A DNA stretch of 64,000 nucleotides from a virus. The notes below the pieces were generated by a model. That model saw nothing but the letters and a program-made list of their open reading frames with translations. It was not told the origin of the DNA and did not search any database. Positions 40,866 through 48,955 of the stretch are shown here, in pieces. The position numbers and the translations under genes are program-made. The DNA lies in IMG/VR virus record IMGVR_UViG_3300008113_000016, positions 32,514 through 96,513 of that record, one strand, 5' to 3'. Position 1 is the stretch's first letter; every line of letters starts with the position of its first letter.

Positions 40866-43037
40866 TTGTCTTCATTAGGAGAAAGGGAAATTAGACGGTA
40901 CTTACGCATAGGTATATCAAGTTTTTTGGCATTTGGGTGGCTTGTAATAACACCCATAGATGCCAATTCTGATGATCCATTAACCGTTGCAGCCCAAGAA
41001 ATACAGGAACTTAATAGTGCCGTAGATAAACTAGACTATAAAGATGGTCTAGTAGACCTAATTGATATAGCGGAGAATAAGTTCACTTATGCTAAAAATG
41101 CAAAAGACGACATGGATGATGCAAAGAATGCATATGATGATGCCGTAGAAGCAGAGGCTATAGCCCTTGAAGAAAAAAATGATGCACAGTCAGCCGTCGA
41201 CGATCAGACAGCCACAGTAGCCCTAGCCCTTGAACATAAAGATAGCGCACTTGAAGATAAGAATGATGCACAGGACGCACTTGATATAGCCAACATAAAT
41301 GTTCAAAACACATTGTCAAATCTTCAATCTGCTGGAGGGTCAGGGCTTTCCTACACAGTTTATAACTTATTAAGAAGTGGAAACTCAGCAGTACCTGGAT
41401 CTGGAATATGCTCAGGAACATGGAACTCAAACTCCATGCAACTTCCAGTATGTGGAAATAGATATGAAAATATTGTAGTTAAATTTACTGGACAGATAAC
41501 ACTTCCATCATGGTTTTCAACAGTAGCATTTGCTGGATATACAGATGATGGTTTTAGAATGTATGTTGATGGACAGCCTGCTGTTAACAACTGGGTTGAG
41601 CAGGGAGCAAGATGGAGTGCTTGGTCTCCAACATATGATGTAAGCCAAGATAAAACTTTAGATGTAGAGATATGGTGGTATAACGGAGGAGGACCAGGAT
41701 CTTATCATCTTGGATGGACAATTCCTGGTGGTATGACTGGTGCAGGTTGTGATTATGCTGGAAATCCAAGAGTGTGGGGAGAAAACTTTAGTTGTAATCT
41801 AGATACATTCTCTTCTGGATCTGGACCAACACAGGCACAATTAGACGCACATGATAGTGCAATTTCAGATCAGCAAGACGCACTAGAAAACTATAACGAT
41901 AAGTTAGCAGAATATAATGACAAACTCAATGTTTATAATCAAGAAGTTGCAACACTCAATGCATATAATCAAACATTAATCAATAAAACTTCTGAGTATG
42001 ATAATGCTGTAAACGATACAGAAGATGCTTTATCTGAAAAAAATAATTCTATTTCTACTTTTAACAGTGCAATAAATGATGTTAATGCTGCTATTGATGA
42101 TGCATGGCGTTACTATGATGAGCAATCACAGAGAGAAATTCAAAGAGCAATTGCACAGGCAGCAGCAAATGCTGCAGCAAACCAACCAAAGCCAGAACCA
42201 AAGCCTACTGTTGAACCAGAAAAGCCAAAGCCTTCTCCACCACCAACAGATAAACCAGAGCCAAAGCCAACTAATCCTACTGCTACAGAAGACCCAGAAG
42301 GTTCTATTGGCAATCCAGATCCTAAGCCAACACCACCAGGACCTAAGCCAGAAGAGCCAAAACCAGAGGAACCTAAGCCAACCCCTGCCCCAACACCTGA
42401 ACCCAAGCCAGAGCCTGCTCCAGAGCCTCCTGTTGAGCCTGCTCCAGAACCTAAACCGCTTCCAAGACCAGATTTTAAGCCAGCAGAAAATGTTGATCCA
42501 GCAATTAAAGATGCAGCATTAGCAGCACTTATTCCAGAAAAAGGTAGCGGAACATCAGAAGATCTATCTGGAGTTATTGCCAATCTTACAAGCAAGGATA
42601 ATAAGTTAGTAAAACTTTCTGTAGAACAAACTGCAGCAGTAAGTCAAACACTTAAGGCTCTAACAAAAGAAGCAAAGGCTGAAATTGCTGGAGAACTTGG
42701 TATTTCTGCAGCAGAAGTTGCAAAGGTAGCAGAAGTAATGAAATCAGATCCTGCCGTTGCATCAGCATTTGTTGAGTTTGCAGATAGAGCAGGTGAGGCA
42801 GGAGATACACCAATGCCATTTACATTAGCAGATGCAACAACAGAAGTACAAACAGAAGCATTCTTAGCAGACCCACTTGGAGCATTATTTGAAGTGGATG
42901 TTACAGAACTCTTATCTAATTTCTCTGAGTTAGGTAAGGATATGACAGATGATCAGAGAGAAAAAGCGCAAGAAGTAATAGTTCCAGTAATCATTGTTTC
43001 GCAAATTGCATCAACAGTGATTGGAATGAGGAGGTAG
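40866..43037 (+). CDS. secreted/membrane protein with PA14 domain, coiled coils and Pro-Glu repeats
   Basis: VKFTGQI...TDDGFRMYVDG...NNW.EQ...WWYNGGG; (PE/PK)n tract. Confidence 0.75.
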   Translation: MSSLGEREIRRYLRIGISSFLAFGWLVITPIDANSDDPLTVAAQEIQELNSAVDKLDYKDGLVDLIDIAENKFTYAKNAKDDMDDAKNAYDDAVEAEAIALEEKNDAQSAVDDQTATVALALEHKDSALEDKNDAQDALDIANINVQNTLSNLQSAGGSGLSYTVYNLLRSGNSAVPGSGICSGTWNSNSMQLPVCGNRYENIVVKFTGQITLPSWFSTVAFAGYTDDGFRMYVDGQPAVNNWVEQGARWSAWSPTYDVSQDKTLDVEIWWYNGGGPGSYHLGWTIPGGMTGAGCDYAGNPRVWGENFSCNLDTFSSGSGPTQAQLDAHDSAISDQQDALENYNDKLAEYNDKLNVYNQEVATLNAYNQTLINKTSEYDNAVNDTEDALSEKNNSISTFNSAINDVNAAIDDAWRYYDEQSQREIQRAIAQAAANAAANQPKPEPKPTVEPEKPKPSPPPTDKPEPKPTNPTATEDPEGSIGNPDPKPTPPGPKPEEPKPEEPKPTPAPTPEPKPEPAPEPPVEPAPEPKPLPRPDFKPAENVDPAIKDAALAALIPEKGSGTSEDLSGVIANLTSKDNKLVKLSVEQTAAVSQTLKALTKEAKAEIAGELGISAAEVAKVAEVMKSDPAVASAFVEFADRAGEAGDTPMPFTLADATTEVQTEAFLADPLGALFEVDVTELLSNFSELGKDMTDDQREKAQEVIVPVIIVSQIASTVIGMRR

Positions 43038-43038
43038 T

Positions 43039-43242
43039 ATGAAGATAATTAAGAAAGTCGTAAAAGGCTTCTTTACATGGCTTAAAGATGCGGGAATAGA
43101 AGTGATTGCACAGGCTTTCACCCTCCTTGGCTTCTTTATCGCATGGCTTACTTTAACTGGATCTGCTAGGGATATTGTTGGCATAGCCGTAATGATAACA
43201 ACAGCAGTTTGGTTAATCACCATACCTTTAAGAAAAGACTAA
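43039..43242 (+). CDS. two-TM membrane protein
   Basis: Hydrophobic helices, in lysis region. Confidence 0.6.
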   Translation: MKIIKKVVKGFFTWLKDAGIEVIAQAFTLLGFFIAWLTLTGSARDIVGIAVMITTAVWLITIPLRKD

Positions 43243-43256
43243 TAAGGAGGAACATA

Positions 43257-43574
43257 ATGGCAAGAAGAAAGAAAGATGTAGACCTAACAATCCTTGACCC
43301 TGAGACAGGTCAAGAAGTTCTTGGTGGAGCAGTAACTAATCTATGGAACATTTTCCTAAGAATTGTTGCTGTCTTTGCTGCGTCAGGCTTGTCAGTCATT
43401 GGTGCTGGAGCGGTAGTAGGTATCTCTACCCTTACAGCAGTAACAATGGCTGGCTTGTTGGGTGTGGCTACAGTAGTCGAAAGACTAGCAAGAGCCTTCC
43501 TAGATGATGGCAAGTTGTCTGCTGAAGAAATTAATCAGGCATTTGCTAAAGTTGACAAGAAATCAGGAGAGTAA
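43257..43574 (+). CDS. holin-like membrane protein
   Basis: Two TM helices directly upstream of endolysin. Confidence 0.55.
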   Translation: MARRKKDVDLTILDPETGQEVLGGAVTNLWNIFLRIVAVFAASGLSVIGAGAVVGISTLTAVTMAGLLGVATVVERLARAFLDDGKLSAEEINQAFAKVDKKSGE

Positions 43575-43648
43575 TTTTCTGATATAATATTGTTATTAAG
43601 TCCCACCCTGAGCAAATCAGGGTGGGCATACAATATAAGGAGTTTATC

Positions 43649-44452
43649 ATGGCAGAAAAAGGAACACTGGCAAAAATTATTGAGGTTGCCAAAGCAGAAG
43701 TTGGGACCATTGAGGGTCCAAAAGATAATGAAACAAAGTATGGTAAGTGGACTGGAGCAAACTTTTTGCCATGGTGCCAGTCTTTTGTTTCTTGGTGTGC
43801 ATACACATCAGGATTAGACGCAAAGAAGTATCCAAAGAGTGCAGCAACGATTGCTGCTTCAGACTGGTTTAAGAAAAATAATCGTTGGGCAGATGCTCGT
43901 AATGACGATCCAACTCCAGGAGATTGGATCTATTTTGATTTTCCAGATGATGGTGTCAATAGAATCTCACATGTAGGAATTTGCATTAAAAATAATGGTG
44001 ATGGAACAATTCAAGTTATTGAAGGAAATACTTCAGGAACTGCAAAGGGAGATCAAAGAAATGGCGGAATGTGCGTAGAAAAGACTCGTGCATATGTCAA
44101 AAATAATAAAAAGAAGTTAATTAATGCCGTAGTTGGTTGGGGAAGACCAGTATATGTTGGAGAAGAAAATCTTCCTTTGCTATCTAAGGTTGGTTCATCT
44201 GATGCTGCTCCTGTTGCACCTAAGACAGTAAAGAAGCCAGCACCTACAAAGCCTGTACAGTTTGTTAATTTAAAGGTTGGTTCAAAAGGACAGAATGTAA
44301 AAACAATTCAAGCAGCATTAAAACTGAAAACTGATGGTGCTTTTGGTCCTGGAACAGAAAAGGCTGTAAAAGAATTTCAAGCAAAAAACAAAATGCTTCT
44401 GACAGGCATTGTTGATGAAACACTATTTAAGTTGTTAAGGGGTTCAAAGTAA
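43649..44452 (+). CDS. endolysin, CHAP domain + peptidoglycan-binding domain
   Basis: PWCQSFVSW, SHVGI, IEGNT; GSKG..VK.IQ...DGAFGPGTEKAVKEFQ. Confidence 0.9.
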   Translation: MAEKGTLAKIIEVAKAEVGTIEGPKDNETKYGKWTGANFLPWCQSFVSWCAYTSGLDAKKYPKSAATIAASDWFKKNNRWADARNDDPTPGDWIYFDFPDDGVNRISHVGICIKNNGDGTIQVIEGNTSGTAKGDQRNGGMCVEKTRAYVKNNKKKLINAVVGWGRPVYVGEENLPLLSKVGSSDAAPVAPKTVKKPAPTKPVQFVNLKVGSKGQNVKTIQAALKLKTDGAFGPGTEKAVKEFQAKNKMLLTGIVDETLFKLLRGSK

Positions 44453-45288
44453 TGGCAATTGCTGAAGGCGATTTGGTAATGGGCAACACATCTGAGGGAA
44501 TGATCCACGGAATGGTTGAGCATATTATGTGGGAAGGTGGAACATTAGGAACACCTGGAACAGAGTTTGCAATTGAATCAATGCCACCAGATAATCCAGC
44601 AATGTCAGTTAGAATCTACAGAGAGTTAAATGGAACTTGGCAGCCAACAGCATATAGCATTGGCATGATGTATCTTAGTGCTACTAAACTTGAAACTCTT
44701 AAGGGTCATAGCATGGACGATGAAGATGATGAAGATAAAGAAAAGGTTAGAAAGAAAGCACCTTGTTGGGATGGTTATGTACAACGTGGAATGAAGCCAG
44801 GAGAAAATGGAAGAATGGTTCCAAACTGCGTACCAGTTGCTAAGTCAAACGATTTCTTTGAAGATAACGACGATGTAGTTTATGATTACGAAACAGTATC
44901 TAAGGCTGAAGGCTATAGCCCACCAGAAGGTGCTAGATCAGCAGCACGTCGTGCTATTAAGTTGAAGGAACAAGGTAAGGCTAAGGGTGCGGGAACTTCT
45001 GTGGGTTGGACTCGTGCAGGTCAACTTGCTAGAGGAGAAACCCTTTCTCTTAGTACAGTTAAAAGAATGTATTCATACTTTAGTAGACATGAGGTTGACA
45101 AGCAGGGCAAGGATTGGAACAATGCAGAAAGCCCTTCAAATGGCAAGATTATGTGGCTTGCTTGGGGCGGAGACGCAGGGTATTCATGGTCTAGATCAAT
45201 TGTTGAAAGATCAAAGAAGAAGACTACTAAGTCAAACACTGTTAGTTGGTTTGGTCACTTTAACCCTAAAGGCGTTAGAAAGTCCTAA
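44452..45288 (+). CDS. mosaic phage protein (head-morphogenesis-associated domains possible)
   Basis: PCWDGY..GMK...VPNCVP; GT.VGW.RA.QL...VKRM.SYFSRH...WGG. Confidence 0.55.
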   Translation: MAIAEGDLVMGNTSEGMIHGMVEHIMWEGGTLGTPGTEFAIESMPPDNPAMSVRIYRELNGTWQPTAYSIGMMYLSATKLETLKGHSMDDEDDEDKEKVRKKAPCWDGYVQRGMKPGENGRMVPNCVPVAKSNDFFEDNDDVVYDYETVSKAEGYSPPEGARSAARRAIKLKEQGKAKGAGTSVGWTRAGQLARGETLSLSTVKRMYSYFSRHEVDKQGKDWNNAESPSNGKIMWLAWGGDAGYSWSRSIVERSKKKTTKSNTVSWFGHFNPKGVRKS

Positions 45289-45289
45289 C

Positions 45290-45318
45290 TTGACTTCCAT
45301 TGCCCATTTTGATATAAT
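45290..45318 (+). promoter_or_regulatory. sigma70/SigA promoter with extended -10
   Basis: TTGACT-N17-TATAAT. Confidence 0.7.
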
Positions 45319-45556
45319 TGGGTAATAAACAACATGAAAGGTAAATTATTATGGTTCATTCTCTTTGGCTTTTGGCTGCATTTGCTGTTGGCTGGATTGT
45401 CTGTTATATTCAAATGACATACGGCGTAGATCAAGATCAAGACTAATGTCAAGTAACAGGGTTGTCATTTGTCCACAATGCAAAAAAGAACTAGAGGTTC
45501 GTTCTGCTTTTGCTCATCACACACTATACAATCACATAAGTAAAGCGCACAAGTAA

Positions 45557-45826
45557 TTGACAAACATTATGCGTATGGACTGGGCAGCGTTAGGCTATCA
45601 AGCAAACTGGAAAGATGGGATGGTATCTTGGGAGATACCTGATCCATTTGATACATTTGTAGCAGAAAAAGATGCTAAGTCTAAGGGTGCTAAGTACGAC
45701 TTCTTTGCAAAAGAATGGTCAATGAACTGTGGCTGCTGCAATGAAGAGTTGTTTGCTAAAAATAAAAAGATGCTAACTAAAATTAGACTTTATCATACTA
45801 GAAATGAGTGCTGCGGTGGCTATTAG
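45557..45826 (+). CDS. hypothetical Cys-containing protein
   Basis: ORF in small-gene cluster. Confidence 0.5.
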   Translation: MTNIMRMDWAALGYQANWKDGMVSWEIPDPFDTFVAEKDAKSKGAKYDFFAKEWSMNCGCCNEELFAKNKKMLTKIRLYHTRNECCGGY

Positions 45827-45958
45827 TTGTATTGAATGCAATCAATCAGAAGAAGATGAAGACTTCTACGACAAGCATCAATGGCTTCCAGATCGATTAT
45901 GGTGCGTTAATAAGAGAGTTGATGAAATGACACAGAGCATAGTTAAAAAGGCTAAAAG

Positions 45959-46198
45959 ATGAATCATGATGAGTTAAGATCTAAAATTCAGCATTATAAT
46001 TGGGTGGAAGCGACAGATTTAATTAAGGCATTAGATGCAGTAGTGAAGTTGCATAAGCCAGTCATGGCATTTACAGGCGGATATGACGGGGAAGAAAATG
46101 AATTATGGGCAGAGCAATGTCAAGAATGTTCAGGTAATGGATTTAGCCAGATGTATCCCTGCACAACTATTCAGGCTATTGAGAAGGAACTAAAATGA
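45959..46198 (+). CDS. hypothetical protein (actinophage-type LH.P...C..C...YPC.T)
   Basis: Motif pattern. Confidence 0.6.
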   Translation: MNHDELRSKIQHYNWVEATDLIKALDAVVKLHKPVMAFTGGYDGEENELWAEQCQECSGNGFSQMYPCTTIQAIEKELK

Positions 46199-46464
46199 TT
46201 GATTGGTTAGTTAATAGAATATTTAGGTGGGATCCACTAAGACATGCTATCTTTGATGAAGTAAGGTTGTATCAATCTGTGGATAGGGCAATGTGGGAAG
46301 AAGAAAGAGATAACCCAACTAACCTTACATGGTCTGAAGGTAATAGGTGGTACGGCTGGACTTACAATAGTAAGGCTAAACGTTACTATTTTGATGATAT
46401 TGGCAATGAGTCTCTAATGGGATTATGGGAAGATCAATGGAAGAGAGAGAAAGACAATGAATAA
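46195..46464 (+). CDS. hypothetical Trp-rich protein
   Basis: ORF with ATGA overlap. Confidence 0.55.
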   Translation: MIDWLVNRIFRWDPLRHAIFDEVRLYQSVDRAMWEEERDNPTNLTWSEGNRWYGWTYNSKAKRYYFDDIGNESLMGLWEDQWKREKDNE

Positions 46465-46593
46465 AGAGTTTAAAGTAGGAAAGAAATGGGTATCTATAGG
46501 TGCTAGTAAACGAAGATTTGCTATAGGTTTTGCCATTTCTCCTTGGTCTATAGATATAGACTTTTTGTGGTTTTGGATTGGAGTAGAACTGTA

Positions 46594-46863
46594 ATGTTAT
46601 GGTCATGGATATTAGCGGTTATTGGCGTTGCAGGAATTTACTTTGTTGGTAAAAAAACTATTTGGGGTTGGTTAGTATTACTATTTAATGAAACATTGTG
46701 GATTGCTTATGCAGTATTAACACAACAATACGGTTTTATTTTTAGTGCTATTGCATATGCAATTGTTTATATTAAATCTTACATACACTGGACTAATGAT
46801 AAGAAAGTAATGATTAAGAACCTTGAAGATACTATTGAAGATATGGAGTTTTTTAGAGAATGA
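46594..46863 (+). CDS. PnuC-like three-TM half transporter
   Basis: WSW.L..IGV.G.Y..G.K..WGW...N..LW..Y.....QYG. Confidence 0.65.
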   Translation: MLWSWILAVIGVAGIYFVGKKTIWGWLVLLFNETLWIAYAVLTQQYGFIFSAIAYAIVYIKSYIHWTNDKKVMIKNLEDTIEDMEFFRE

Positions 46864-47021
46864 AAGATATCTTGTTGTCTACGCTCACAGGCTTTGGCTG
46901 CGGTCTAGTGTTTGCTTTGTTTAAGTTGCCAGTGCCAGCCCCTCCAGTTTTTGCAGGAGTTGCTGGTATTATTGGATTGTGGGTAGGATATAGTTTGATC
47001 TCAGGAGGATTAAATGGGTAA
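46860..47021 (+). CDS. XapX/DUF1427-domain membrane protein (not in ORF track)
   Basis: G.GCGLVFALFKLPVPAPPVFAGVAGIIG. Confidence 0.75.
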   Translation: MKDILLSTLTGFGCGLVFALFKLPVPAPPVFAGVAGIIGLWVGYSLISGGLNG

Positions 47022-47151
47022 GCATAAGGATAAGATTGAAAAGGCTCTAGAAATTAGACGAGCACACCATAAGGGTCCAGGTCCTGCACCTGGATCAATG
47101 AACAAGAAGAAGACTGGCTACAGAGGTCAGAAGGCTAGAGGCAATAAGTAA
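47014..47151 (+). CDS. small basic protein (not in ORF track)
   Basis: MGKHKDKIEKALEIRRAHHKG..., 45 aa, AGGAGG RBS. Confidence 0.55.
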   Translation: MGKHKDKIEKALEIRRAHHKGPGPAPGSMNKKKTGYRGQKARGNK

Positions 47152-47714
47152 TGGGGTTTTGGGATAGCCTAGACAAAGAAACTGCGGGAGATGCCATCCT
47201 AACAGGATATAAAGGTGATCTTGCAGATATGCCTCTCTATGAAGAGGTACACAACAAAGTTCCAGGAGGTCACTCAGTTCTTGACTTTGGCTGTGGTGTA
47301 GGAAGAAATATCCCAAGCCTAGTAAACAAGTTTGAAAAGGTAGTAGGGTATGACTTCCCTAATATGCTTGATCTAGTTCCAGAAGGGCGGAAACAGGTAA
47401 GCAATGACCCATACAAACTATCTTACAGTAGTAACTGGGACTATGTATCCCTACAGAAATATGATTGTATCTTTGCTAGTTTAGTCTTCCAGCATATTGA
47501 TGAAGAAGAACTAAATACATACTTATCAGATATGCAAGGTATGTTGGTTAATAAATTAGTTGTACATTCAAGAACTACTTTAGATAACGGTACTACTCTA
47601 GTGTTACCTATTATTGAAAAATACTTTGCTTTGGATTCTATTGATTATAAGAAAGATCCAAACAGTGCTGCTTACGATCACTTCATTGCGGTCTTTAAGC
47701 ATCAGTGGATGTAG
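47151..47714 (+). CDS. class I SAM-dependent methyltransferase
   Basis: VLDFGCGVGR, YD......VFQH. Confidence 0.85.
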   Translation: MGFWDSLDKETAGDAILTGYKGDLADMPLYEEVHNKVPGGHSVLDFGCGVGRNIPSLVNKFEKVVGYDFPNMLDLVPEGRKQVSNDPYKLSYSSNWDYVSLQKYDCIFASLVFQHIDEEELNTYLSDMQGMLVNKLVVHSRTTLDNGTTLVLPIIEKYFALDSIDYKKDPNSAAYDHFIAVFKHQWM

Positions 47715-47775
47715 CGTAGTGGTAGCGCATCACCTTGCCAAGGTGTAGGTGTGGGTTCGATTCCCATCATCCGCT
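47705..47775 (+). tRNA. tRNA-Gly(GCC)
   Basis: Acceptor GTGGATG/CATCCGC, CACC-TTGCCAA-GGTG, GGTTCGATTCC. Confidence 0.88.
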
Positions 47776-47785
47776 CAAAAATAAC

Positions 47786-47814
47786 TAAAGGGGCTACTTT
47801 ATGTAGCCCCTTTA
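47786..47814. terminator. bidirectional terminator at the strand switch
   Basis: TAAAGGGGCTAC-TTTAT-GTAGCCCCTTTA. Confidence 0.75.
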
Positions 47815-47892
47815 ATCTTTAAATTTCGGCGGTGACTAGAAGCGTCGGCGTGACTAGGAGCAATAAAGTATTGTCCCAATACACCTAGTCCT

Positions 47893-48312
47893 CTACTTAA
47901 TCCGAATAGTTTTTGGTTTCTTCTCTTCTGGCACAATACGTTCTACTTCGATGGTTAGCATTCCTGCATCCATCTTGGCTCCAACGACTTCCATGAATTC
48001 GCCAAGTGCAAAAGTTCTTACGAACTTTCTTGTGGCAATACCTCTGTGAAGATACTCTGCAGCATCCTCATCAGCCTTTTCACCTTTAACGATAAGTGTG
48101 CCATTATCTACAGACACCTCTACATCGTCCTTGTCGAAGCCAGCAACAGCAATAGATACCTTGTAGGTATCATCGTTTTCTTTCACGATATTATAAGGTG
48201 GATATGATTGCTTAGATGCTGCTTCATGAATATGTGCAAAACGGTCTAACTCACGGTTAAACCCAATAAAAAAAGGATCTGAGAACAGATCCATAGTAAA
48301 TAGATTACCCAT
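47893..48312 (-). CDS. small heat shock protein Hsp20
   Basis: YPPYNI, AVAGF, YLHRGIA.R.F.R.F.L, GML.I; ATG 48312 after AGGAG. Confidence 0.93.
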   Translation of the reverse strand: MGNLFTMDLFSDPFFIGFNRELDRFAHIHEAASKQSYPPYNIVKENDDTYKVSIAVAGFDKDDVEVSVDNGTLIVKGEKADEDAAEYLHRGIATRKFVRTFALGEFMEVVGAKMDAGMLTIEVERIVPEEKKPKTIRIK

Positions 48313-48473
48313 TTTTGTTCTCCTTTTAAGCGAGTAAATTGGCGGAATCCCAAATGGCAATTCCACCTGATACCATTATACTATATAGAACAATATAAGG
48401 TCAATTTATCTTGAATCAAGGATAACTTCCCAGTGATTAATTCCGTTCCTCCGTAATATGTTATACTAGAGAT

Positions 48474-48557
48474 ATGAAACCTTTCTTAATTTTACTTCTT
48501 GGATTATTCATCTTTCTTAACTATATGGCTTATTTACAACAACAGAATTGGGGATAA
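48474..48557 (+). CDS. 27-aa hydrophobic peptide, probably leaderless
   Basis: MKPFLILLLGLFIFLNYMAYLQQQNWG; TGTTATACT 6 nt upstream. Confidence 0.4.
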   Translation: MKPFLILLLGLFIFLNYMAYLQQQNWG

Positions 48558-48900
48558 CCTGTGTATAAACCTGTGGATAACTTAATATAAACAGTGCTTA
48601 TGTTATATGTATATCAGTACTAATATATATAGTATGTTTTTACTGTGTAATAATGTGTATATGAAATAGCCTTCGTAATCATTTTCCCAACTGGGGAAAA
48701 ACTGTGGATAACTTATCATATCTTGTGGATAACATTGTGGATAACCCAGTATGATAGGATAAGTACTGTATATTGTCTTAAAATGTGGATAAATATGTGT
48801 CTCAAATATTGAGAAATTCTGTACTATTTTAAGACAAAATAACTTATTTTACATATATTTTAATTCATTTAATCTCTTTTCTTATTGTTTTTATCCTATA
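48549..48900. promoter_or_regulatory. DnaA-box cluster with AT-rich tracts, candidate replication origin
   Basis: TGTGGATAA at 48572, 48703, 48724, 48736, 48784; TGTGTATAA at 48560; variant at 48549. Confidence 0.7.
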
Positions 48901-48955
48901 TATAATCCCAGTGATTTTTAGATCAAGTTCGTAATCTATTTTAGATCCCGATTCA

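Noticed and set aside
42140-42595. Gly/Ser-rich minus-strand ORF
   Set aside because: Antisense shadow of the Pro-Glu repeat
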